From Candidatus Nanopelagicales bacterium (GTDB lineage Bacteria; Actinomycetota; Actinomycetes; S36-B12; UBA5976), in contig JBDNJO010000034.1 of assembly GCA_041687715.1 (NCBI GenBank), positions 1 to 52,866 on the forward strand: a stretch of 52,866 nt of DNA. Reading direction: 5' to 3'. The notes beneath the pieces were generated by a model. The model saw nothing but the letters and a program-made list of their open reading frames with translations. It was not told the origin of the DNA and ran no database searches. Positions 30,198 through 39,290 of the stretch are shown here, one piece after another. A program made the position numbers and the translations under genes. Numbering within the stretch: the stretch's first letter is position 1; the number at the start of each line of letters is the position of its first letter.

Positions 30198-31163
30198 CTA
30201 AATACGGTGTGGCATGATCGCATCAACTGGGATCTGCCCAAAGCGACCTTTTTGGTAATCCTCCATAGCTTGCATAACTTCTTCTCTAGTGCTCATTACG
30301 AATGGGCCATATTGAAAAACTTGCTCGCGAAGTGGGATGCCACCAATTAAGAAAATGTCCAGTGCATCATGGCGAGCTTCTTGGATTTGATCGGCTTGAA
30401 TAGAAATGTGATCGCCTTCAACTAGCACTGCCATTTGACCGGTTTGGATTGGATGATTAGCGGGCCCAATAGTTCCTGCGCCATTCAGCACATATGCCAG
30501 TGCGTTGAAATCTGTTCGCCATGGAATATCTACTCGAGCTCCAGGCGCAAGTGATACGTGCGTGATTGTGATTGGAGTGTGCGAAATGCCAGGACCAGAA
30601 TGGCCATCGATGTTTCCAGCAAGTACGCGAACTAATGCGCCACCATCACTACTGGTGACCAGTGCAGAATCTAAACCTTGCAAATCTTGGTAAGCCGGCT
30701 CGATCCGCTTCTTAGCTTTAGGCAAATTAATCCACAGCTGCACGCCGTGAAAAATTCCACCCGACAAAACTAAATCTTCAGGTGGGGTTTCGATGTGCAA
30801 GATTCCGTCGCCCGCAGTCATGTATTGCGTGCCACCTTCTTTAATGATGCCGCCGCCGCCATGTGAATCTTGATGCAGGAATCGGCCGTCCATTAAATAT
30901 GTGAAAGTTTCAAAACCGCGATGTGGGTGCCACGGTGTGCCCTTTGGCTCACCCGGCAAGTATTCAACTTCGCCCATCTGATCCATGTGAATAAATGGAT
31001 CTAGATCTGCAGTTGGGATGCCTGCAAATGCTCGGCGAACTGGAAAGCCTTCACCTTCATATGCTTGCGGCGCATTGGTAACCATTTTGACCTTGCGCGC
31101 TTTAGATCCAGGTGCAACGACTAGTCGTGGCAAAGTCAATGTATCAGCGGTAATTGCGGGCAT
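30198..31163 (-). CDS. Pirin family protein
   Basis: DPFIHMDQ, WHPHRGFETFTY, HQDSHG, MTAGDGILHIE, GVQLWINLP, YGPFVM. Confidence 0.93.
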   Translation of the reverse strand: MPAITADTLTLPRLVVAPGSKARKVKMVTNAPQAYEGEGFPVRRAFAGIPTADLDPFIHMDQMGEVEYLPGEPKGTPWHPHRGFETFTYLMDGRFLHQDSHGGGGIIKEGGTQYMTAGDGILHIETPPEDLVLSGGIFHGVQLWINLPKAKKRIEPAYQDLQGLDSALVTSSDGGALVRVLAGNIDGHSGPGISHTPITITHVSLAPGARVDIPWRTDFNALAYVLNGAGTIGPANHPIQTGQMAVLVEGDHISIQADQIQEARHDALDIFLIGGIPLREQVFQYGPFVMSTREEVMQAMEDYQKGRFGQIPVDAIMPHRI

Positions 31164-31179
31164 GAATGCCTCCTAAGAG

Positions 31180-31201
31180 AGTAGTTGAACCTTCAACTAC
31201 T
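31180..31201. promoter_or_regulatory. Perfect palindrome, probable repressor operator upstream of pirin
   Basis: AGTAGTTGAA-CC-TTCAACTACT, just upstream of the pirin RBS in the divergent pirin/cupin intergenic region. Confidence 0.7.
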
Positions 31202-31286
31202 AACAATTTTACGTCCCTTTTCTGCCTAATGCAACTGGAATCTCTGGATTGACCGTACTCTTTTGTTTTGGGCCTAAATAGATGGA

Positions 31287-31676
31287 GTGACCGTGGAGCC
31301 GATAGTTCGTCGTTTAACTGAAGGTGACTGGTCGGGTTGGCCAGATGACCAAGTTGCTGCCCGTGGCAAAGTCACCTGGAAGGCGCTTCAAGGCGTCAAT
31401 GATGACGAGAACACCGACATGGTTCTTGGGGTCGCGCGCATTTTTAAGGGTGAATCACTTGAAGCGCATCGACATTTGCAGCCAGAGACTTACTACGTAC
31501 TAAGCGGCAAAGGTAAAGTCACAATCGAACACGTTGAGTACGACGTGGAAGCTGACACCATGGTTTACATTCCGGGCGACGCGCTTCATCAAATAAATAA
31601 TTACGATGAAGAGCCTCTTCGGATTTTATATTTATTTGCGACACCACATTTTGCAGACGTCATCTACAAATTTTAA
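31287..31676 (+). CDS. Cupin protein, DddW/DddK (cupin DMSP lyase)-like
   Basis: VTWKAL, DMVLGVA, HRHLQPETY, YIPGDALH, LRILYLFA..F..V.YKF; cupin call is firm, DMSP-lyase activity is unproven. Confidence 0.7.
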   Translation: MTVEPIVRRLTEGDWSGWPDDQVAARGKVTWKALQGVNDDENTDMVLGVARIFKGESLEAHRHLQPETYYVLSGKGKVTIEHVEYDVEADTMVYIPGDALHQINNYDEEPLRILYLFATPHFADVIYKF

Positions 31677-31688
31677 TTACGAAAAGTT

Positions 31689-32468
31689 CTAGTGAGCGTA
31701 TTCTGGCTGACTGCGATCTAGCATGCGCTTCAGCGCTGCAAAATGTAAATCGATTCGGCTGTAGCCATTTAGATGTGTGGAATCTTTAAATTGTTCGACC
31801 GTTAGATCCACTATGTCTTTTGGAACTTCGCGAAGCGCTTGGCCGGTTGATTGTGCTAAAACTTGAACTTCAGCAGTGCGCTCAAAGAAGTAAAGATGAT
31901 GGAATGCTTCACCAACGCTTTCGCCCGTTGTAACAATTCCATGGTTGCGAAGCAACAGGATTGACTTGTCCCCCAGTGCGCGAGTCATTCGCTCACCTTC
32001 GGATCGATCAAGTGCCAGACCGTTGTAATCACAGTCATAAAAAACGTCGTCGCGATATCCGAGAGCATTCTGACTTGCCATGACTAGATCTGGTTCATCT
32101 AACATTGCAAGCGCAGTCGCGTAAGGCATGTGAGTGTGCAGCACAGCGCGTAATTTTCGAGCACTGCCGTGCATTGGTGCGTGTATGAAGAACGCAGTCT
32201 CTTCAACTAATCCGGTGCCTTCGTAAACTGTGCCATCCAAGTCCACGATCATAAAATCGCTTGCTTGCATTTCTGACCAGTGCAAACCAAATGGGGCAAG
32301 AAAGAATCGATCGTCATAACCTGGGACCAGCAAAGTGAAGTGATTGTCGATACCTTCGTGAAACCCATACATAACTGCAAGGCGATGCGCGGCCGCTAAA
32401 TCAATTCGAGCTTGGCGAATCGGATCTGGATCTACCCGCAACATTTCATCAGGTGAAGTCAGTGACAT
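31689..32468 (-). CDS. Class II aldolase/adducin family protein
   Basis: ARIDLAAAHRL, EGIDNHFT, FFIHAPMH, LHTHMPYATAL, LLRNHG. Confidence 0.88.
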   Translation of the reverse strand: MSLTSPDEMLRVDPDPIRQARIDLAAAHRLAVMYGFHEGIDNHFTLLVPGYDDRFFLAPFGLHWSEMQASDFMIVDLDGTVYEGTGLVEETAFFIHAPMHGSARKLRAVLHTHMPYATALAMLDEPDLVMASQNALGYRDDVFYDCDYNGLALDRSEGERMTRALGDKSILLLRNHGIVTTGESVGEAFHHLYFFERTAEVQVLAQSTGQALREVPKDIVDLTVEQFKDSTHLNGYSRIDLHFAALKRMLDRSQPEYAH

Positions 32469-32478
32469 GTTGGCTCTC

Positions 32479-33435
32479 CTATTCAGTGACGTTAAGTGCC
32501 ATTAACGACATGATTTCATAAGCCAGCGTCGCTGCGGCAAGGGATGTGATTTCTGCATGGTCATAAGCAGGGGCAACTTCCACAATGTCAGCGCCAATCA
32601 TTTGTTCGCGCGGCATTCCGCGGACCAAGTTCAGCAGTTCACGGGAAGTAAATCCACCCATCTCAGGGGTTCCAGTACCCGGGGCAAAAGCTGGATCCAG
32701 CACATCTATGTCTATAGATAGGTACATTGGGCAGTCACCAACCCGCTTTTGGGCTAGGCCAATAACCTCAGCAACACCCATGCGATCAAAATCTGCTGCG
32801 CGAACTGTGGAAAAGCCAAACTTCTTATCGTTAATAAGGTCTTGTTGGTCATAAAGCGGTCCGCGGATACCAATGTGAAGTGACTTATCTTCAATCAGAA
32901 GTCCTTCTTCAAATGCTCGGCGCATAAAAGTTCCATGCGTACGGTCGGCGCCGAAATAACTATCCCAAGTGTCAAGGTGCGAATCAAAGTGAATCATCGC
33001 GATTGGACCATGGACTTTAACTAATGCGCGAAGCAATCCAAGAGTTACTGTGTGATCCCCGCCAAGAGTTACTAACTTGCGACTATCACTTACCAGTTCA
33101 CTTGCGCCATCATCGATTTGCTTTAGTGCGCTATCGATATCAAACGGGTTGCAAGGAATGTCGCCCGCATCTACGGCTTGGATTGTTCGAAACGGCGCAA
33201 CCTGCAGATCTGGGTGATATGCCGGACGCAAATGTCGCGATGCCTGTCTAATTGCCATTGGTCCAAAACGTGCACCTGGGCGATATGAAACTCCCCCATC
33301 AAATGGCGCACCAAGAATTGCTACATCGTAATCAGAAACTTGATCAATGCGCGGCAATCGCGCAAAAGTTGACTCACCGGCAAATCGAGGAACTTTAGTT
33401 CCCTCGACTGGACCAACGATATCTTCTGGCTTCAT
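32479..33435 (-). CDS. speB: Agmatinase / ureohydrolase (guanidinobutyrase-like)
   Basis: RPGARFGP, LGGDH, HFDSHLD, HGT, SIDIDVLDPAFAPGTGTPE, DIVEVAP. Confidence 0.85.
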   Translation of the reverse strand: MKPEDIVGPVEGTKVPRFAGESTFARLPRIDQVSDYDVAILGAPFDGGVSYRPGARFGPMAIRQASRHLRPAYHPDLQVAPFRTIQAVDAGDIPCNPFDIDSALKQIDDGASELVSDSRKLVTLGGDHTVTLGLLRALVKVHGPIAMIHFDSHLDTWDSYFGADRTHGTFMRRAFEEGLLIEDKSLHIGIRGPLYDQQDLINDKKFGFSTVRAADFDRMGVAEVIGLAQKRVGDCPMYLSIDIDVLDPAFAPGTGTPEMGGFTSRELLNLVRGMPREQMIGADIVEVAPAYDHAEITSLAAATLAYEIMSLMALNVTE

Positions 33436-33475
33436 TTACGCTCCTCTGAACTTAGATTAATTACTTGCTTGTCGT

Positions 33476-33844
33476 TCACTGTCCGATTGAAATGCCAACA
33501 TCCGAACAACGCTGTGTTGTCGATGCGATTAAATCGTTAAGGTCGGCTTGGCTTTGTGCCGCGTCCGGAGATTGTCGAAGTACTTCGACGATTCCATTTA
33601 GATCTTGACTTAACTCTGGTGAAAGCAAGCCTTCTCCCCCAGAATTTAAAACCGCTGCAATCTGGTCCACAAGATTTGAGTCAATTAAGCCGGCTTGAAA
33701 GGCCTCACTTAGTCCAGTTAAAGACGAAGAAATTGCAGAGCAAGCTGTAGTGTCTGCCGCATTTGATGCAATGGATGAGACGCTACTGCAGCCCATTAGG
33801 GAGAGTGCAGCTATCGGGAGTGAAACTATAAAAGACTTTTTCAT
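33476..33844 (-). CDS. Hypothetical lipoprotein
   Basis: GAGGAGG RBS, MKKSFIV...LMGC lipobox; start moved to 33844. Confidence 0.7.
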   Translation of the reverse strand: MKKSFIVSLPIAALSLMGCSSVSSIASNAADTTACSAISSSLTGLSEAFQAGLIDSNLVDQIAAVLNSGGEGLLSPELSQDLNGIVEVLRQSPDAAQSQADLNDLIASTTQRCSDVGISIGQ

Positions 33845-33908
33845 GTGAAAAATTACCTCCTCATTCGTAATTGGAAAAAACACCAATCACAGTCGTCTAG
33901 CAGATGAC

Positions 33909-34277
33909 CTACTTATTGAATCTGCGAATAACAAACATTTTTCGGATTGGCTCGTGCACAACCCAAGTTCCACGCCAACCCTCGGGTGTAACGATTGTGG
34001 AATCTACTTTCAATTCAACAACGACGCCGTCATCCCCCGTGATGGTTGCAGAACCACTTAAGATTTGTGCAATTTCGTCATACCCGTCGCGGTGCACAAT
34101 AAACGTCCCTGGTGAGCATTCCCAAATTCCAGTTTCAATTGCGGCGTCCGGTGAGATCCAAGCCATGAGCACAGATTCCATTTGGCCATCGATGCTGTTT
34201 GGCTTGAGTGCAGCTGGCGGCACTGCAATGGTGCTGCCTGAGAGGACGGTAATAGTTGGTTCGATACGTTCTGACAT
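33909..34277 (-). CDS. Cupin_3 / DUF861 (EutQ-like) protein
   Basis: ETGIWECSPG, EIAQILSG, PEGWRGTWVVHEPIRKMF. Confidence 0.85.
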   Translation of the reverse strand: MSERIEPTITVLSGSTIAVPPAALKPNSIDGQMESVLMAWISPDAAIETGIWECSPGTFIVHRDGYDEIAQILSGSATITGDDGVVVELKVDSTIVTPEGWRGTWVVHEPIRKMFVIRRFNK

Positions 34278-34404
34278 TTGCTAACACCTTTCACGGATGA
34301 ATACCCCAAGTGTATGACGCACTGGTCTCCCGATTGCGAGTGGTGGATCAGGCACAACCATCGCCAGCGCCAAGTTTTATAAAGCGATAAGGCACAATTA
34401 CGGT

Positions 34405-35004
34405 ATGGCTAAAACATCTGATGTTGCTTCGCTAAGTAAGCGCACTATTACGTCTAGCACGATTCTTCTGGGCGCAGTTTGGCTAGTTGCCTTAGCTTCT
34501 GTTTCAGGGGCACAGAGTTACCGCGATCAATTAGCGGCTGGCGTTGAACCCACAAAAATTTTCACAACGTATGACTCATTGGCTTCGTTGATTCCAATTG
34601 CCATGATTGCGGCTTGGTTTTTTACGACCAAATGGTTAAGCAGTCTCTATAAAGTTGCAACTGAAACTAATCCAGCCGTTATGCGGCTAAAGCGGCCGTG
34701 GATTTTTTGGGGTTGGATTGTTCCAGTTGTCTCACTCTGGTTTCCAAAGTTACTTATTGAAGATTTACTCAAATTCCGTAACTCCGAGCAAAGTAATGAA
34801 CTTGTCGGTCGCGAAACGCTAACTTGGTGGCTGACTTGGGTCGGCTTTGCCTTAGTGAACAACGTTGGGATTGTTTCGGCAATTACTGCTCCTGCTGATT
34901 ACATCCCCATTCGCCCTGAGCTCGAGATTGCTGGCGCCTGCATTTTGACGGCTTCCTACTTCGTCTGGGTTCGAATCGTTAGGGCACTGAGTCAAGAAGT
35001 CTAA
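34405..35004 (+). CDS. DUF4328-like membrane protein
   Basis: WIFWGWIVPVVSLWFP and WWLTW motifs; about 4 TM. Confidence 0.7.
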   Translation: MAKTSDVASLSKRTITSSTILLGAVWLVALASVSGAQSYRDQLAAGVEPTKIFTTYDSLASLIPIAMIAAWFFTTKWLSSLYKVATETNPAVMRLKRPWIFWGWIVPVVSLWFPKLLIEDLLKFRNSEQSNELVGRETLTWWLTWVGFALVNNVGIVSAITAPADYIPIRPELEIAGACILTASYFVWVRIVRALSQEV

Positions 35005-35007
35005 AAC

Positions 35008-35826
35008 TTAACGGGAAAAAGTTTTAATCAAATTTGAGCGCAAGAAAAAGACAACCACAATTGCTACAGCTAACAAGATCGCACTGACTACAAAGGCACT
35101 GCCTTGATCAGATTCCATGGCCGAGTAAACCGCCATCGGCATAGTCCGCGTAACACCAGGCAGTGAACCTGCGAACATCAATGTTGCGCCGAACTCTCCT
35201 AGCGCACGAGCCCAAGCCAACACAGCGCCAGCGATCAATCCTGACTTGGCAAGAGGCAGCGCGATCCGCCAAAAAACTCTTGTAGGTGGCGCGCCAAGTG
35301 TTGCTGCGGCTTCTTCTAATTCAATTGGTGTCTGGCGAAATGCTGACTCCAGCACCAGGACAAGAAATGGCATCCCGACAAAGACTCCTGTAACAATTAC
35401 TGCCGTTGTTGTAAATGGCATTGAATAGCCCGTTGTTTCATAGATGTACTTTCCAAACATGCCATTTCGTCCCATGAGAGTTAGCAATGCAATTCCAGAA
35501 ACTGTGGGCGGCATGACCAGCGGGGCAATAACTATCGGGCGAATCCACCTAGTTTTTGTCTGGGGGCCACGCGCTAAGTACCAGGCAAGTGGCACCCCAA
35601 GTAATACGGAAATAACTGCCGAAATTATTGAAGTTACAACTGATACTTCCAGCGCAAGCAAAACACTTTCTGACATGGCAATTTCAAAAAACGAACTCCA
35701 TGGGACTCTGGTTAATAGCGCAAGAACTGGCAGCGCTATTACGAAGAAACCAACCAACGCCAACAGCGCTAGGCCAGGGTTTAGTTTCGAACTGGTTTGT
35801 GCTCGCTTAACTTGATGGCGCATCAA
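35008..35826 (-). CDS. modB: Molybdate ABC transporter permease
   Basis: PLVMPPTVSG, LEEAAATLGA, LAWARALGEFGAT. Confidence 0.93.
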   Translation of the reverse strand: MMRHQVKRAQTSSKLNPGLALLALVGFFVIALPVLALLTRVPWSSFFEIAMSESVLLALEVSVVTSIISAVISVLLGVPLAWYLARGPQTKTRWIRPIVIAPLVMPPTVSGIALLTLMGRNGMFGKYIYETTGYSMPFTTTAVIVTGVFVGMPFLVLVLESAFRQTPIELEEAAATLGAPPTRVFWRIALPLAKSGLIAGAVLAWARALGEFGATLMFAGSLPGVTRTMPMAVYSAMESDQGSAFVVSAILLAVAIVVVFFLRSNLIKTFSR

Positions 35827-36571
35827 AACCTGCTGAGATTAAAATTTGCTGGCTTGATTGGGAAAGTACATAAGCTACAAAAGCTTGAGCGGCAGCGCTT
35901 GCTGCATCCGAAGTACCAATTGAGTAAGAAGTTGCTGCGCTTTCCTTGTTGCTAAATTCCAATGATCTTAAATTCGCATTTGCAAAAACGTCTGTCAAGT
36001 AAACAATTGCGGCATCAACTTCACCAGTTAATAATTTCGCCAATACCGAATTCACATCTGGCTCAAGTGACTTTGGTTGCGCAGTGACTCCGTCAACTGC
36101 CAATGCCTTATCCGCAGCTGCGCCACATGGAACTTGATGATCGCATTGAATCCAAACTAAATCGGTTTTATTCAAATCTAACGACGCCATAATGTTTTTT
36201 GGATTAGCCGCAGGGTAAGCAATGACGACCCTATTACTTGCAAAGGTTTTTGGATTTGGAATCTCTTTCACGACACTTGACATTGCTGACTGCGAAGCGG
36301 ATGCAAAAACATCCGCAGGAGCGCCCTGTTTAATTTGCTCTGCAAGTGTGGCGGAACCAGCAAATGAAATTGTAACTTTTATGTCCGGATTTTCCACTCC
36401 GAATTGCTTAGAAATTTCGGTAAAAGTTTGGGTAAGGCTCGCGGCAGCAAAAACGGTGATTTCAGTTTCAGAATTAGATTCAGCCGCTTGGATCGCGCTG
36501 TCAGATTTAATGGAGCAGCCAGTTATTGTCAAAATGCAGATAGTTAATGCAACTAATTTTTTAGCTAACAC
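35807..36571 (-). CDS. modA: Molybdate-binding lipoprotein
   Basis: Lipobox ITGC, VFAAASLT, FAGSATLAEQI..GAPADVFASA, VPCGAAA, GEVDAAIVY.TD. Confidence 0.93.
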   Translation of the reverse strand: MLAKKLVALTICILTITGCSIKSDSAIQAAESNSETEITVFAAASLTQTFTEISKQFGVENPDIKVTISFAGSATLAEQIKQGAPADVFASASQSAMSSVVKEIPNPKTFASNRVVIAYPAANPKNIMASLDLNKTDLVWIQCDHQVPCGAAADKALAVDGVTAQPKSLEPDVNSVLAKLLTGEVDAAIVYLTDVFANANLRSLEFSNKESAATSYSIGTSDAASAAAQAFVAYVLSQSSQQILISAGFDAPSS

Positions 36572-36580
36572 GAAATGCTA

Positions 36581-36970
36581 CTAACCTTTTTCGATTACAA
36601 CGTCAGTTGATTTCACACTCGCAATTGCTTTGCTACCAACTTCCAGTGCCAATGCGCGAGCAGCGTCAGCAGTAATCATGCTTACGATGTGGTTTTGGCC
36701 AGACTGGATTTCAATAACAGCAGCTAGCCCTTCAATGTCAACGCGGGTAACAATTCCAACGATTCGATTGCGAGCACTAACTGACGAGCCGCGCTCGTCT
36801 CGGAATTCCTTGGCCAGCTCAACTGCTACTTGTGCAAGTGAAGCACCATCAACGCCCTGCGGTCCTTGCTCACTCGATGACTTCAATCGACCAGATTCAA
36901 CCCAGCGACGAACCGTGTCATCGCTGACGTTTAGTAGCGCAGCGGCTTCGGAAATTCGAAAATGAGGCAT
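36581..36970 (-). CDS. Molybdenum-responsive regulator (HTH + TOBE/Mop), ModE-like
   Basis: FRISEAAALLNVSDDTVRRW; SARNRIVG, ASVKSTDV. Confidence 0.85.
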   Translation of the reverse strand: MPHFRISEAAALLNVSDDTVRRWVESGRLKSSSEQGPQGVDGASLAQVAVELAKEFRDERGSSVSARNRIVGIVTRVDIEGLAAVIEIQSGQNHIVSMITADAARALALEVGSKAIASVKSTDVVIEKG

Positions 36971-37083
36971 AATTCATAATTATTCACCGCATTTCAGGAA
37001 AAATCAACTATATTCTGCCGAAATGAGCTACTTTGCAGGTATTTTTTCTAAGTCGTTGGCAGAATTCTGCTAACTTCAACTTG

Positions 37084-37671
37084 ATGTTGAACCCTGATGA
37101 ATTGCTTGTAACTCCAAGGCTGGATTTGCACCTCATCCCAATTCCTGAATTAGTTATGTTGCACGAGGATCCAGATAACCCATCGCTTCTGGCTGATCGT
37201 AATTTCACAAATCCTCATAATGAGTTTGCCCATGAACATTCCGGTCCCTTGCGCTGGCGCGTGCCACAAGTCAAAGCTGACCCAACGGTAAACATTTGGT
37301 TCATGCGCTGGATTGTCTTGCGCGAAACAAAGGAAATAGTTGGCTCGATAAGTTTCCATTCCCCACCTGATGAATTAGGCATGATCGAAATCGGATTTGG
37401 AATTTCAAAAGCCTGTCGGAACAACGGCTATGGGACCGAAGCGTTGATTGGTATGTGGAGTTGGGTGGTAGCTCAACCTGGGGTAGAAATTCTTCGCTAC
37501 ACAGTTAGCGAAAGTAATCTGCCTTCAATGGCAATCATTTCTAAATTTGGTTTTACGCACGTCGGTCAACAAATTGATGAAGAAGATGGTCCAGAAGAAA
37601 TATTTGAAATGACAGCTGGGGATTTTAAACTACGCATGAAAAACGGTTTCGCCGCTAACGACAGTTCTTAA
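37084..37671 (+). CDS. GNAT acetyltransferase (RimJ/RimL-like)
   Basis: LVTPRLDL, EIGFGI...RNNGYGTEAL, NLPSMAIISKFGF; start moved to ATG 37084 (TAACTT-N7). Confidence 0.82.
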   Translation: MLNPDELLVTPRLDLHLIPIPELVMLHEDPDNPSLLADRNFTNPHNEFAHEHSGPLRWRVPQVKADPTVNIWFMRWIVLRETKEIVGSISFHSPPDELGMIEIGFGISKACRNNGYGTEALIGMWSWVVAQPGVEILRYTVSESNLPSMAIISKFGFTHVGQQIDEEDGPEEIFEMTAGDFKLRMKNGFAANDSS

Positions 37672-39228
37672 TACCGGTAAACCGATCACGTCATTTGGGT
37701 TAACAAGTGATGGGTCTTCTTGCCACAAAACTAGATCGGCTTGCATCCCGGGCTTTAACATCCCACGCTCATCTTGCGCGCCAACAGCAAGAGCTGCATT
37801 ACGGGTATAGCCACTCAAAGTTTCTGCGCCTGTTAACGCACGAGTTTTACCAATTGGTTCATCAAATGAAACATCATGTGCTCTACGTTTTTGCGCCGCA
37901 AAGAATCCCATTCGAGGATCAAAAGGTGCAACTGGCCAATCTGAGCCAAGAACTACAAGTGCGCCTGTGCTCATGATGTCGCCCGAGCGCCAAGCATGGT
38001 TGCATTGCGTAGTATCAAGTCGCTGTGACCAAGGGTCGCTTAAGTCATACTCAACCCAGCGCATGTGAACTGGTTGCATGGACGCCGTTACCTTCAGCGG
38101 TTTAAATCGCGAAATTGTGTCATCGGGTGAAGTCTCAATGTGTTCAACGCGATGGCGGCCATTGGATCCACCTGGCAAAGCTTCATAGACATCAAGAACT
38201 TCACGTACGGCGCGATCACCAATTGCGTGAGTGGCAATTCGAAATCCTGCATCATGAAATTGCCGTGCGCGCTGGTGATATAACGAGAGTTCAGGCCACA
38301 TTGGCTCAGTACCGGCGCCTTGCGAATCTGGCTGCTCCAGCCAAGCAGTTCCAGTATCAATTACGCCATCGAGCATGAACTTCACGCCATCTGCCTGCCA
38401 ACGCAAACCTTTCAAATTACGGGTTTGCATCATCGCTTCGACTTCTTCAATTGGCGTGTATGGATAGACGAAGTGGTGCAACAGAATTCGTAATTTTAGT
38501 TCTGCCTGCTCTTCAAGGTCTCGCATCACACTAACTGTTTCAACATTGCCATCCATCAAGTGAACTTCAGTGATGCCAAGTGCATTTTGGCGGCGAATAG
38601 CTTCGGCGTACCATTGCATTCGCTCACTTCGAGTCGCAACTGGGACATGTTGCAAAACGATTTGCATTGCGGCCATTTCTAGTAGCTCACCCGTTGGCTT
38701 GTCATCTTGATCAACAACAACAACAGAATTATCTGCCACTCGCATTGGGCCTGTTAATCCTGCGATCTTCATGGCTTGGGCATTTACCATTCCGGTGTGG
38801 ACATCAAGAGTGTATAAAAACATTGGACCGTCGCCAGCAGCGTCATCCAAGAGTGAGTGATGGTACGGACCACCGATAGCTGAATATTCCAACGCAAATC
38901 CCATAAGCCATTGGTCAGGCCCAATCCGCTTACGTTCGGCGGAAATGGCAGCGCGCAAATCTGACAAATTTGAAATGCGATCAAGATCAAGGCCTTGTGC
39001 AAATTCTGCGCCATGAAACAAATGCTGATGCCCGTCAACGATTCCTGGAGTGATCGCAGCTCCGTGCGCATCTGTTACCTGCGTCGCGCCATCACAAGCT
39101 TCGCGAACTTGATCATCACTTCCAACGGCAACGATGTGATTGCCAGACCATGCGATCGCGGTGGCAAAAGGCGCAGCTGGATCTTGGGTGTTCACCCTGG
39201 CATTAAATATTGCCTGGTCGGCTGCCAT
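37630..39228 (-). CDS. Amidohydrolase 3 (YtcJ-like)
   Basis: PGIVDGHQH, KFMLDG, HAIGDRA, RHRVEHIE, GSDWPV, GMLKPGMQADLV. Confidence 0.9.
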   Translation of the reverse strand: MAADQAIFNARVNTQDPAAPFATAIAWSGNHIVAVGSDDQVREACDGATQVTDAHGAAITPGIVDGHQHLFHGAEFAQGLDLDRISNLSDLRAAISAERKRIGPDQWLMGFALEYSAIGGPYHHSLLDDAAGDGPMFLYTLDVHTGMVNAQAMKIAGLTGPMRVADNSVVVVDQDDKPTGELLEMAAMQIVLQHVPVATRSERMQWYAEAIRRQNALGITEVHLMDGNVETVSVMRDLEEQAELKLRILLHHFVYPYTPIEEVEAMMQTRNLKGLRWQADGVKFMLDGVIDTGTAWLEQPDSQGAGTEPMWPELSLYHQRARQFHDAGFRIATHAIGDRAVREVLDVYEALPGGSNGRHRVEHIETSPDDTISRFKPLKVTASMQPVHMRWVEYDLSDPWSQRLDTTQCNHAWRSGDIMSTGALVVLGSDWPVAPFDPRMGFFAAQKRRAHDVSFDEPIGKTRALTGAETLSGYTRNAALAVGAQDERGMLKPGMQADLVLWQEDPSLVNPNDVIGLPVLRTVVSGETVFHA

Positions 39229-39290
39229 GAATGACTCCTAAAGTGAGACTTAACGCAACCTTATTAGAACCGCCAAGTAGATTGGTGGGT

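Noticed and set aside
37630-37671. 42-nt convergent overlap of GNAT and amidohydrolase genes
   Set aside because: Short tail-to-tail overlaps are common in compact genomes
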